Assembly: GCA_035193785.1 (NCBI GenBank)
Contig: CP136572.1
Coordinates: forward strand, 3,188,578 to 3,252,577
Reading direction: 5' to 3'
From: Planktothrix sp. GU0601_MAG3
Lineage (GTDB): Bacteria; Cyanobacteriota; Cyanobacteriia; Cyanobacteriales; Microcoleaceae
Length of the DNA: 64,000 bases
The position numbers and the translations under genes were made by a program. A model generated the notes under the pieces. The model did not search any database. It was not told where the DNA came from and saw nothing but the letters and a program-made list of their open reading frames with translations. This document shows, piece after piece, positions 49,610-61,275 of the stretch. Position 1 is the stretch's first letter, and the number at the start of each line of letters is the position of its first letter.

Positions 49610-50467
49610 ATGAAAACCAAACTCGCAACTATTACATTAAGTCTGATTTTATCGGTACTTTTTCCAGCACAAAGTTTTGCTGGAACCATTTTAGAAGATA
49701 TCAAAAAAACGGGAGTTTTAAAAGCAGGAGTTCGCCAAGATGCACCGCCATTAGGATTTGTCACAGCCGATGGTAAATGGGAGGGTTATTGTATAGAATT
49801 AATGGATTTATTAGGAGAAAGATTGCAAAAACAATTGAAACTAAGTAAACCCATAGAGGTACAATTAATTCCCTCAAATTTACAAAATCGGGAACAACTG
49901 GTCAGGGAAGGAAAAGTTCATTTAGAGTGTGGCCCTAATACAATTTTGCGGAATCCAGAATCCGGTATTACCTATTCTGATCGGTTTTTAGCCACGGGCG
50001 TTCATTTATTAGTTCGACCGGATAATCAATCTTATATTCAACCCTCGGGAGCCCTAGAAGCCATTTCCATTGGGGTCTTACCCGCTTCCTTAACTCAACA
50101 GTTTATTAGCAGTCGTTATTCCTTAGCAAAAGTTGTAGAATACCCCGGAGTTGACGGTCGAAAAAATGCCGTAGAAGATGTGGTTCAAGGTCGTCTTAAT
50201 GCCTTCGCCAGTGACGGATTATTATTAATTGGAGAAGTGCTGAGAAATCCCGCCATTAAACCTCAAGATTCTGCGTTAATTCCCAAGGAACCCTTAACCT
50301 GTGAATTTTATGGTATGATTCTTCCGGCTGGAGATATTTCTTGGATTAATACGGTAAATTCTTTGATATTAGTCGAAGAAACAGTTAATATTTTAACGGG
50401 ACTATATGGAAAAGATTCCGATTATGTAAAAACCCTCGAAGCCGCTCATAATAAATGCCTACCATAA
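49610..50467 (+). CDS. Amino-acid ABC transporter substrate-binding protein (family 3), orphan
   Basis: Signal peptide, GVRQDAPP.GF, GYC, LECG, AFASDG.LL.G, YGMILP. Confidence 0.85.
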   Translation: MKTKLATITLSLILSVLFPAQSFAGTILEDIKKTGVLKAGVRQDAPPLGFVTADGKWEGYCIELMDLLGERLQKQLKLSKPIEVQLIPSNLQNREQLVREGKVHLECGPNTILRNPESGITYSDRFLATGVHLLVRPDNQSYIQPSGALEAISIGVLPASLTQQFISSRYSLAKVVEYPGVDGRKNAVEDVVQGRLNAFASDGLLLIGEVLRNPAIKPQDSALIPKEPLTCEFYGMILPAGDISWINTVNSLILVEETVNILTGLYGKDSDYVKTLEAAHNKCLP

Positions 50468-50632
50468 ACGGGCAAAATTTCTAACTCGGATCACCTTAAG
50501 GTTTAATATTTAAACGGGTATCCTTGAAAATATCCAGGGATACCTCGATTATTTTCCCAACTATTGTTTTTTAATCCAAAAAATGCCACACTATTAATAC
50601 TTCTAAGACTACACCCAGTCTGAGGCAATCGT

Positions 50633-52904
50633 ATGAGCGACATTACTCCCCCCAAAACTGTTCCTGGTAATCCTTCCTCCCCATCTATTCTATTTCTCAA
50701 TCGCTGTGTTGAGCAGGTGTTTGCTGGAATTTTAGATCCCGATACGGAGCTATTCCAAAGCAATGCTACGCTTTTGGGAGACTCCTATGCGGAATTTAAA
50801 GTCATTCTTCAGCAAGTTCGACAAAACAACTACCAGCAATTATTACCTACCCTAATCGCTGGATTACAATTTATTTTAGGTAGAGAAGCCTACGAAAATC
50901 AAGACCTAGAAGCAACCCTTTACCATTATCGTCGCAGTTTAGAATATTGGCCATCGGCTTTAGCTAAAGGCAATTTAGAGATGCTTTCTATGGCTAACCG
51001 AGAAACCATTTTACCCAATCAATTTATTGAACAAATGGGGGGAGTTTTATTCCATTTGGGGTTATGTTTTGTCACCCTAGGTCAGTCCGATAATCAAGCA
51101 AAAAATACTCAAAATTTGCAAGAAGCTAGAAACTATTTTGAGAAAAGCTTAGAAATATTTGAGAAAGTCAATCGCCCCGATTTAATGTCTAAATTTATTG
51201 GGGAATTAACCACGGTTTTAAGACAATTAGAAGAATGGGACGCCCTGCAAAAAGCAGCCCAGAAAGCCATTCAGTTGCATATTTCCTATGGTTCAGAAGC
51301 CCAATTAGCCAAGGATTATGGTTTCTTAGCCGAAGCTGCGTTACAGGAATCTAAATGGGCGCACGCCAATCAATTAGCGGAGTTAGCCTTAGCCATTCAA
51401 GGTCAATCCGCCTACAGTGACCCGATGAGCGCCACCGCCAGTTTCCAATAATTCCTATCTTTATTTACTCACGGAATCCAAACAGGAATTACAACAGTGG
51501 GAAACAACGGTTAGTCAACTCGAAGAAGCCTTAAAAAGAACCAGTCTGGAAGATGACCCCAAGGGTTATCTCAGAATTTTGACCGCTTTACACAAACTTT
51601 ATTTTGATCAAGATTTATATATTCAAGCCTCCCGTTTAAAGGAAGAAAAAATTAAAATAGAATATCAATATGGGCTACGCGCCTTTATTGGGGTTCGCAC
51701 CTTACAAGCCCAATCTAAACCGAATGAACAACAACAATCTATTGCTGTAGAAATTGAAAATTCCGACCGTTTAAAGGATGTTCAAGCCCTATTTGAACGG
51801 ATTCAAGACCCGCAACATAAACTGATTATTCTGCATGGGGAGTCCGGGGTAGGAAAAAGTTCATTATTGAATGCGGGAATTATACCCAAGCTATTAGAAG
51901 AACAGGGGCGTAGTTCTCAGGTTGCTACACCCATTTTACTAAGAATTTATACCGACTGGTTACGGGAACCCAACCCGAAAACCTGGAACTTGAATTCAGT
52001 GATAAATTTACTCAAACGCAATGATCAAAATCAAATTCCCACGGTATTAATTTTTGATCAATTTGAAGAATTTTTTGTTGTGTGTAAACAGTTGGAACAA
52101 CGATTACCCTTTTATGAATTTTTAAAAGAAAGTTTGAGCTTGAATTCAATTAAAATTTTACTCTCATTAAGAAATGATGCTTTACATTATTTGTTAGAAT
52201 GCGATCGCTACACTAATTTAGAGGATATTATTCAGGCTGAAATCCTCTCGAAAAAAGTGCTTTATGGCTTAGAAAACTTTACTTTAATTCAAGCAAAAAA
52301 TTTAATTAAAAATCAATTTGATCGAGCTAATTTTAATATAAAGCCTGATTTAATGAATCAATTAATCCAGGATTTAACTGTTAATATTGATCAAATTAGA
52401 CCGATTGAATTGCAACTAATTGGAACCCAATTGCAATCTGATGATATTCAAACCCTAGAACAATACCAAAAACTGGGGGAATATCCCAGACAAAAAATGT
52501 TAGAGCAGTTTTTGGATGAAATTATTCGAGATTGTAGTAGCAAAAATGAACGAATAGTAATTAAAATTCTCAATGTTTTAACCCATGAACAAGAACATCG
52601 TCCCCTGAAAACCAGCAAAGAACTCGCCGAAGAATTAAATACAGAATTTAGTAAAATTGAACCCCTATTAGCAGTCCTAGTAGAAGAAGGATTAATTCTA
52701 CATCTCCCAGATATCCCCGATGACCGATACCAACTTACCCATGATTATTTAGTCGGTTTAATTCATCAACAAAAAGGAGAACGATTAATTGCTCAATTAG
52801 AACTAGAACGAGATCAAGCTCAACGCAAAATTATTGAGGAGAAACCAAATAGTTTTGTGAATCGCGCGATCGCCTCTGTTCTCCGTTGGATTAACGCTGA
52901 TTAA
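50633..52904 (+). CDS. TPR plus STAND (nSTAND1-like) ATPase (frameshift at 51441-51445)
   Basis: TPR-like helices, HGESGVGKSSLLNAG, IFDQFEEFF, RPIELQ, YQLTHDYL. Confidence 0.8.
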
Positions 52905-52905
52905 T

Positions 52906-53472
52906 ATGAACAATAAACCTCAAACAGAACAGGAAAAAATGCTGGCGGGAGAATTATATCTCCCCAACGATCCCGAGTTGGTTTTAGGGCGTAAACGCGC
53001 GTCTAAACTGACTCGTTTATATAACAGTACCACGGAAGATGAGTTAGAAACTCGTCAACTGATTCTCTTAGAATTATTCGATAAAATCGGCAATAATCTA
53101 TTCATCACTCCTCCATTTTATTGTGATTATGGCTGTTATATTAAACTGGGGAATAATGTCTACATGAACTTTAATTGTATTATCTTAGACTGCAATTATA
53201 TTGAAATTGGGGATAATGTTTTATTAGCCCCTAACGTTCAAATTTATGCCGCCTATCACCCAATTGATCCCGCATTACGCCTAACCGGAAAAGAATTAGC
53301 AGCACCAATTAAAATAGGTAATAATGTTTGGATTGGCGGCGGTGCGATTATTTGTCCCGGGGTAGAAATTGGTGATCACACCACCGTTGGCGCCGGAAGT
53401 GTGGTAGTTGATAATATTCCTTCAGGAGTTCTAGCGGCGGGGAATCCTTGTCGGGTGATTCGGGAATTATAG
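52906..53472 (+). CDS. maa: Maltose/galactoside O-acetyltransferase family
   Basis: EKMLAGELY, PPFYCDYG, hexapeptide repeats, AAGNPCRVIR. Confidence 0.88.
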   Translation: MNNKPQTEQEKMLAGELYLPNDPELVLGRKRASKLTRLYNSTTEDELETRQLILLELFDKIGNNLFITPPFYCDYGCYIKLGNNVYMNFNCIILDCNYIEIGDNVLLAPNVQIYAAYHPIDPALRLTGKELAAPIKIGNNVWIGGGAIICPGVEIGDHTTVGAGSVVVDNIPSGVLAAGNPCRVIREL

Positions 53473-53475
53473 CGG

Positions 53476-53571
53476 GGAATAGGGAATAGGTAATGGGTAA
53501 TGGGTAATGGGTTTTGGGTAATGGGTAATGGGTTTTGGGTTTTGGGTTTTGGGTAATGGGTAATAGGGAAT
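53476..53571. repeat. Heptamer tandem repeats (aatgggt/tttgggt/aataggg)
   Basis: Directly visible between convergent genes. Confidence 0.88.
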
Positions 53572-53604
53572 ACCGGAGGAAAAGAGTTAATTCAAGTCCT
53601 TGGA

Positions 53605-54300
53605 TTAATCCGCTAATTTCTGGATAGGTTCCCAGTGTTGAATGTCCTGTAATAACGCTTCGTATCCCGCCACATTGGGGTGTAAACCATCGGAACATAA
53701 CCGAGATTTCCACCAATGTTCCCCTCGATCTAGCCAAATTTCTAATAAATCTAAATAGGGAATATCGCGCTCTAAACAGGCGAGACGAGTAGCATCTTTG
53801 TAGCGAAATTGATCGGCTAAAGTATAATATAAACAGCCTTGAAAGGGCATTTTACTTTCATCAACCGGAACCATTCCCACAAACACAACCTGACACATTT
53901 TTTGAGCTTTATCCAATAAACGGTGTAGGGTGGTTTCAAAATGATCAAATTCCGTATAATTGCGACCTTGAAACGATTGTATCCGCGCCGAATCATTTAA
54001 TCCCACGGAAAAAACGCCCACCTCCGGTAAACGGTTGCGTAATTCTCCCCGATGGCGCAATTCTTGGTCTAGGCGATCGCAAACTTGAACCACCCGATTT
54101 CCCCGCACCCCCAAATTGTAGATAATTGGGCCAACTATCTCCGGTGACATCCATTGACGTCGCAATCGCTCCACCCAGCCGCCCCCTTCAGGATCACCAA
54201 ATCCATAGACGAGACTATCTCCTAACACCACAACTTTCAGAGGCTGACGTTGAGGAATAACGGAAAAATTAGCTAAGGTGGGATTGATCGCTGCTTGCAT
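53605..54300 (-). CDS. GDSL/SGNH hydrolase
   Basis: GDSL, NLGVRG, VGLND, DGLHP. Confidence 0.92.
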   Translation of the reverse strand: MQAAINPTLANFSVIPQRQPLKVVVLGDSLVYGFGDPEGGGWVERLRRQWMSPEIVGPIIYNLGVRGNRVVQVCDRLDQELRHRGELRNRLPEVGVFSVGLNDSARIQSFQGRNYTEFDHFETTLHRLLDKAQKMCQVVFVGMVPVDESKMPFQGCLYYTLADQFRYKDATRLACLERDIPYLDLLEIWLDRGEHWWKSRLCSDGLHPNVAGYEALLQDIQHWEPIQKLAD

Positions 54301-54508
54301 TTTGCTGGAAAATCATGGTGGATGGACAGTTTACCCCGTCAGAATCGCAATTGGTTTCCATAGGGCGTTTATAAAAACTAACATCTCCAGGGGCTTTTCA
54401 CTAGATTCCCTGCCTATATTTCGCAAATTTTTCATCAAATCACCCTAAGTTACCCGCGAATTGCCAGCATCAGACCCTTGCTGGGGATAAAATACTCAGA
54501 AAATCGGA

Positions 54509-54600
54509 CAGGACTCACACAGAATACCCAATTATACACCATCTGTAGGGGCGAACGGCCGTTCGCCCCTACTAGATATGGTTGTTTTGCGTAAGTCCTG
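54509..54600. mobile_element. 92-bp MITE-like element with 5-bp flanking direct repeat and internal REP-like hairpin
   Basis: Ends caggactcacaca / tgcgtaagtcctg; TCGGA at 54504-54508 and 54601-54605; internal gtaggggcgaacggccgttcgcccctac. Confidence 0.7.
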
Positions 54601-54864
54601 TCGGAGTTCCTACGCCAGAAGTATAAATCCCTTTTAGTTGTGTTCCAAGCCTCGGACTGGTATGCTCAATGTCAGTTCTACATTCTTAGAACATTCTTAG
54701 AACCGATATGCTTGGCGACGGGACAAGGGAGCATCTTGGCTCTATGATGTGAACCTAAAGACAACTTGCTATGGAATATTGGCTAAAAGCTGTTTGGATG
54801 CTTCACCGCGAATGTTCCCTGCTATATATAAACTGAAACTGATTTGCAGGAGGCAACTTGCTAA

Positions 54865-56101
54865 ATGCAAGGCTCTTTAAACGAAATTGATATTCGCAGT
54901 ATTTTACAACTGATTGAGCTTGGCCAGAGGACAGGGGAACTCATGGTAGAAGCCTACAGTTTCATCCCAGACGATAATGGAAATGGAACGCCATCCCACT
55001 CGTCTCACGGGACAATGTTGGTTAGTGTTTTCTTGGAATGGTCGAATTATCTATGCCGGCCAAAGCGAAGGAAGCCTCCAGAGATTACGCGATTATTTAC
55101 GGCGCTATCAGGCTGAAACCGTGCTTTGCGAGTTAGAAATTCCTTCGATCACATCGGTCAATGCGCCGGAATATGGATATTTATGGGTGTTGTTAGAAAA
55201 TCAAGTGATTACCCCAAACATCGCCCGCAATATCGTTCACTGTATGGTTCAGGAAACCCTCTTTGATTTGTTAAGTTTACATCAAGGCGCTTTTATTTTT
55301 GAAATGGGCTCGGGATTAGCACCCCAGTTAACCACCTTAGAAATTAGTCCCTTATTAGCCGATATTTTCAAACAAGTTCAAGAGTGGAAAAAATTCCATC
55401 CCCATATTACTTCCCCAAACCAATGTCCCTTGATCACCGATCGGTCAAAATTACAAAAAACAGTCCGACCTAAAGTGTTTGAAAGCCTGAATCATTGGGC
55501 AGACGGTCAAACCTCAATTCGTCAAATTTCCCGTTACCTACACCGAGATATTGTCACGGTGGCAAAGGCTATTTATCCCTTTGTACAACAGGGACTTGTA
55601 CAATTATTGGCTCTCCATCCCGAAAACATTTTAAGTGTGCCAGAACCCTTAACTGATAGGAATCGCACCCCAAGAATTGTGTGTATTGATGATGATCTAG
55701 TAATTCGAGAAACCGTCGAAACTATTTTAAGAGAACATGGCTATGAAGCGACAGCTATTGGCAATCCTTTAAAGGCATTAAGTTTAGTCTTTCAGCTTAA
55801 ACCCGATTTAATTCTTTGTGATATTGCCATGCCCGAATTGAATGGGTATGAAATCTGTGCAATGTTAAGAAATTCTACCGCTTTCCGTCAAACTCCGATT
55901 GTTATGTTAACAGGAATTGATGGATTTATTGACCGACTCAAAGCCCGTATGGTCAGGGCAACTAATTATTTAACTAAACCCTTTGGAGATGCCGAATTAT
56001 TAACATTAGTTGAAACCTATATTGGGCTAGGAAAAACAATGGATACTTCTATTAACAAAGATTTAGAAGATGAATTTATGACGGAGTTAGAAACCCTTTG
56101 A
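54865..56101 (+). CDS. pilG: PatA-type response regulator, PilG/HmpA-like (frameshift at 54959-54963)
   Basis: MQGSLNEIDIRSILQLIELGQRTGEL N-terminal domain and C-terminal receiver (CIDDD, DIAMP, YLTKPF); first gene of the cluster. Confidence 0.82.
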
Positions 56102-56495
56102 CCTAATCTCACCTGGCCGATCTCCGGCAATTGTTTGGTGAATTGCCCGACAAATCCACCCCAACACCAAACTCTAAAACCAGCATGAACCGACCTGACT
56201 GCGACGGTTATGTCCTAGCGTACCTAGCGTATAATATCAATAGATGCAGAAAACTAGGGACTTTGATGGGGCGATGAATCTACCCGTTTCGCTTGGACTC
56301 CCCACTCCCAAGAGACTGGGCGATCAAGCTCCCGTACTATTCAAGTATAATCGAAACAGAATCACATCTTTTGAGATACTTAGGTTTTCTTACACTCTAC
56401 GATGAATTTGTAATGCAGCATAAACCTCATTCCACTTGGATTCCAACCGCCAACCTGACTACAGGTAATTTGGGAGTTTCTAGGGGAGAAGAAAG

Positions 56496-56862
56496 ATGAA
56501 TACAGTTATGGTTGTGGAAGATAGTGCGACTCAACGGGAGATGATTTGTGATCTTCTCAAGGACAATGGGTTAAAAGTCAGTATCGCCACCGATGGTGTG
56601 GAAGCACTCGAAGAAGTGCAGAAAAACCGCCCCGATTTAATGGTGCTAGATATTGTCATGCCCAGGATGAACGGCTATGAACTCTGTCGTCGCCTGAAAT
56701 CCGATCCCAAAACCCGTAATATTGCCATCGTGATGTGTTCTTCTAAAGGGGAAGAATTTGACCGCTATTGGGGAATGAAACAAGGGGCAGATGCTTATAT
56801 TGCTAAACCCTTTCAACCGAAAGAATTAATCGGAAACCGTCAAACAATTACTCAGAGGATAG
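56496..56862 (+). CDS. pilH: CheY-like response regulator (frameshift at 56833-56837)
   Basis: VVEDS, LDIVMPRMNGY, DRYWGMKQGADAYIAKPF; repaired end ELIGTVKQLLRG*. Confidence 0.87.
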
Positions 56863-56875
56863 GTGAAAAATAACC

Positions 56876-57400
56876 ATGGTTGGGAATCCTGATTTTTTAA
56901 CCGGGCCAGGAACAGACAGTCCAGAATTTCAAGAACTGGAAACCCCCGAAGGTGAACCCCATCTCCGCTTTTTCGTTCCTTCAAGGAGTGAATTTGCCCT
57001 TCCCGCCATCGGGATTCGGGAGGTACTCTTTCAATCGCCAGACCGCATGACCCCGATTCCTAATGTTTCCCCCCTATTGCTGGGAACCTTCAATCTTAGG
57101 GGTAGAGTGATTTGGGTCGCCGATTTAGGTCAGTTTTTAGGTGATTCAACTCCCCTGAATACGGATCGAACAGAGATCCACGTCATTGCCGTTGAAGATC
57201 AAGACATTATATTAGGATTAGCCGTTGATGAAGTCAATGACATGGCATGGCTTGACCCTGATAAAATGCAAATGCCGACTCAAGTCAGCGATAGTATGAC
57301 TCCCTTTATCAAAGGAGAGTGGCAAGTTGGAACCGAAGGTGGCGTCCTGCGACTTTTAGACCAAATCGCTATTCTGCGCTCGGCTCGTTGGGCAACCTGA
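56876..57400 (+). CDS. pilI: CheW-like protein
   Basis: TPIPNVSPLLLGTFNLRGRVIWVADL, GLAVD. Confidence 0.88.
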   Translation: MVGNPDFLTGPGTDSPEFQELETPEGEPHLRFFVPSRSEFALPAIGIREVLFQSPDRMTPIPNVSPLLLGTFNLRGRVIWVADLGQFLGDSTPLNTDRTEIHVIAVEDQDIILGLAVDEVNDMAWLDPDKMQMPTQVSDSMTPFIKGEWQVGTEGGVLRLLDQIAILRSARWAT

Positions 57401-57688
57401 CCTATCACCGGCAGGTTTCGTCCCATAACCGTTGAGGAAATCGACCTATCAATTGATTATAAAACTGCTTAAGCTAAAGCTGTTAACCTGGGAAATAAAA
57501 AACCCCCACCAGAGGTTTTTTCACCCTAGGATTAAACTTTCAATCCCCACTCGCCCAGTCGAGGGCAGGGATTATTAGAAAATCTACTACAGACCGGGTT
57601 ACATCCTTATAATCCGCGTTTCTACATTGAAATCTTAACTATTAAGTACGAGCAAAACTAAACTTGAAAGTCAAAAGGGGAATCGCTC

Positions 57689-60600
57689 ATGGCAACAAGC
57701 ACAGACTTCCTACAAGAGTATCAGCAAACCGAGGAAGCATACTGTCAGGGGAATTACGAACAGGCTGCGGCGCTGGTTTATCAACTGTTGGAAGATTATC
57801 CAGAAGATCCATCGGCCCGTCTTCTCTGTGGTCACATCTATGGCTATGGGTTGCAACAGTATGACGTCGCCCGTGAGCAGTATGAGGCAGTGATCAACTT
57901 GACCCATGACTCGGAATTACTCGAACAAGCCCATCAAGCCTTAGCCGATACGGATCAATATTTACTTGAATCTCCCGTGGGCAGTTTCGATGAGAGTCCC
58001 GATGCCCCAGAAATTTTTAACGCCTTGGTAGATCAAGAAATCGAGGATGAGGAAGTTGATTTAACCCAAGATTTAGACTGGCTCTCAGAGGAAACCAATG
58101 GCACATCCGACCTGCCTGATGTAGACCTAGCCGATACCCATGGACTGAATGGGTCAGCCACCCAAGGAAACCCAGCCGAATTTTAATGATTTGCAGGATG
58201 ATAACTTTGATTTCCAAGACTTAGACGATGCTGACTTGGATTTATCCACTTCCGATCTGAATGGTTCCATCGGTTTAGGGTTCGACAATTCCGAGGATGA
58301 ACCCGATTATATACAGTCCAATGGCGGTCAATCTTCCCCCAGCTTCACCGAAGATAATCCTTTTGCTCCCGGGGGAGACTTAGACGAAGGCACAGAAATT
58401 TTAAACCCCCTAAACCCAGAAAATTCTTTCACTGAATTAGAAGCCGATCCATTTACACTGGAAGAAGATGAACCCCTCTTAGGGCAAAACTTTGCCAGCG
58501 ATGAATCAAACTCCAGTGATCTGGAACAGTTAAGTGGAGATTTATTTTCCTCCGAGGATGAGATCTTAGATTGGCTCGATTCCCCAACCGAAAACCCCCA
58601 ATACGAATCGGATTCAGTCCAATCACCGGAAACTCCAAATGGGTCATCCCCAGATTATTTATATCAACCGACTCAATTCCTAGAATTTGAGAACTTTGAT
58701 GACGATGAATTGGGGGGGGAAAACCCTCTAGGGGCCTATGGATCTCATCCGGCAGAGCAAAGAGAACTTAACGGTGCTAATTATGAGTCCTCTAATGGTA
58801 ACTCTACAGGGGTTAAGGCTTCCTCGAACTTTGAGGCAGAACTTGATGATATTTTTGCCCCTTTAGAAGAGGCAGCCGATTCAGAGCAGGAGTTTGTTAA
58901 TTATCAACCCCCATCCCCAAATGGTTTCGTCTCCGTCAAGGAAACTCCACTGTTTGAGGAAGATGGGTTTGACCCTGATTTGGATTCAGCTTTTGATTTT
59001 TCAGATGAACCCTTCGTTGATGATGCCGATAATTCTGTTCCTTTACCCCCGAACACCCCCAACATGAAGGCTAACTATAAGGTTCTGGATGCTGAAGAAA
59101 GCAACGAAGAAGAAACCCTATTAACCAATAATGCGGTCAATGATCCCTATTTGTCAGATTTTGACGACTCTGGCCCCTCAAGGAGTGTAAATGGTGCCGA
59201 CCGTTCCAATTATGCTGATGTGGATGATAGAGATTATGAACAATCCGATGATCTAGTTTTTGATTCGGCGGACATTCCCAATAGTTTTGATCCAGATTCC
59301 TTGGATGAGGATACCTTTGGAGATTCCTTTGATATCACGATGGAAGGCCACGACACCAATAGCCGTTCTCAAAATGGCCAGGTGGTGGCTCAGACCCCCA
59401 ATGATTTCTTAGAGGATTTTGAAGAATTTGATGATATTGGGGATTTTGGCATCACGGACAGTGGGGATAATGATCTGTACGTTGATTCGGATTTTAGTAG
59501 TGTCGATAGTAAATTTGGTGGTATCACCAACAATAGCACCCTCGACAGTGATAGTTCAGCGATTCAGGATGATGATATTTTTAATACGGCCTACGCTGCA
59601 TCGGCTGTAACCACCCTAACCCCAGACTCAGGGGAAGGGATGGATACAATGGTCATCACGGAGCAGGGGCCATTCTCTTTCTTGGAAAATGCCTCCTTGA
59701 AACGGAAACCCCTGTATATGGCGATGGGGACGGGACTGGTGACCCTGATCTTAGTAGCGACGGCCACTAATATTGCGACTCGTACCGCTTCCTTGAATAA
59801 TAAGTCCGAAGTCGTAGACTATCTGCGAGGCACCGGATGGCTATTGACCACCGTGGCCGGGGCAACGAGTTTTCTGACGACCTGGGGATTAGGTCGGATC
59901 AGTTTCCCAACAAATTGCTAAAGCCACAGAAGATTTACAAGCTCAGTTTGATGCCATTAGTAAGGGTAATTTAGATGCCCGCGCCACGGTTTTTTCCGAG
60001 GATGAGTTTGGGAAAATGTCTTCTAAATTCAACCATGCAGCCCAATTTATCCAGAGTATTACCCGGGAAGCCCAACGCAAGGCGAAGGAACAAGAAGACG
60101 CCAGGGATGATTTACACCGTCAGGTGATTCGGCTCTTAGATGACGTGGAAGGGGCAGCCCGGGGCGATTTAACGGTAACCGCAGAAGTGACGGCCAACGT
60201 TTTAGGTGCGGTGGCGGATTCCTTTAACTTAACTATTCAAAACCTGCGGGAAATTGTGGTGCAGGTGAAACAAGCTGCCCGTCAGGTGAGCAAGGGAGCC
60301 ACCGATAGCGCCACCTTTGCTAAGGATGTGGCCGGGGATGCTTTCCGCCAGGCGGAGGAACTGGCAGCTACCCTGAACTCGGTGCAGGTACTAACCGATG
60401 CCATTCAACGGGTGGCTGAAAGTGCGCGGGAAGCCGAAGAAGTAGCCCGGTCGGCGGCAGCCCTAGCCACCAAGGGCGGGGAAGCGGTACAAATGACCGT
60501 GGCGGGGATTCTGAAAATTCGAGAAACCGTAGCAGAAACTAGCCGAGAAGTCAAGCGTTTGGGGGAATCGTCCCAGGAAATTTCTAAAATTGTGGGGCTA

Positions 60601-61114
60601 ATTTCTCAAATTGCCTCCCGGACTAACTTACTGGCTTTGAACGCTAGTATTGAGGCAGCTAGGGCGGGAGAAGCGGGCAAGGGATTTGCGATTGTTGCCG
60701 ATGAAGTCCGACAGTTGGCAGATAAGTCGGCGAAATCCTTAAAGGATATCGAACAAATCGTCATGCAAATTCAAAGTCAGACGAATACGGTGATGATGGC
60801 GATGTCCCAAGGTCATCAACAGGTGATTGAGGGGACTCGCCTGGCGGAAACAAGCGAAACGCTCCCTAGATGACATTATTCAGGTGACCAACCGGATTGA
60901 CGTTCTCGTCCGTTCGATTACGGCGGATACCGTTGAACAAAACGAAACCGCCCGCGCCGTCGCCCAGGTGATGCGAGCGGTGGAACATAGCGCCCAGGAA
61001 ACGTCCACGGAAGCTCAAAAGGTATCCAGTGCCCTAACTAAACTGGTGGGCGTGGCGCGAGACTTGCTGACATCGGTGGAACGCTTCCGCGTTGATTCCT
61101 CGGAGAAGGGTTAG
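57689..61114 (+). CDS. pilJ: Methyl-accepting chemotaxis protein, ~1140 aa (frameshifts at 58167, 59902 and 60847)
   Basis: N-terminal TPR, long acidic linker, two TM helices, [41 protein letters not shown]. Confidence 0.9.
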
Positions 61115-61275
61115 GGAGTAGGGGGAGTAGGGGGAGTAGGGGGAGCAGGGGGAGCAGGGGGAGTAGGGGGAGCAGGGGGAGCAGGGGGAGCAGGGGGAGC
61201 AGGGGGAGGGGTTTTTAATAACTAATAACTGATAACTGATAACTGATAACTGATAACTGATAACTGATAACTGAT
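61114..61275. repeat. Tandem repeats: 10-mer (gggggagYa-type) then 7-mer (actgata)
   Basis: About 9 G-rich units followed by about 8 actgata units directly before the pilL ATG. Confidence 0.9.

Noticed and set aside
56293..56499. 68-aa ORF between pilG and pilH
   Set aside because: TTG start, no motif or ribosome-binding site; probably non-coding spacer
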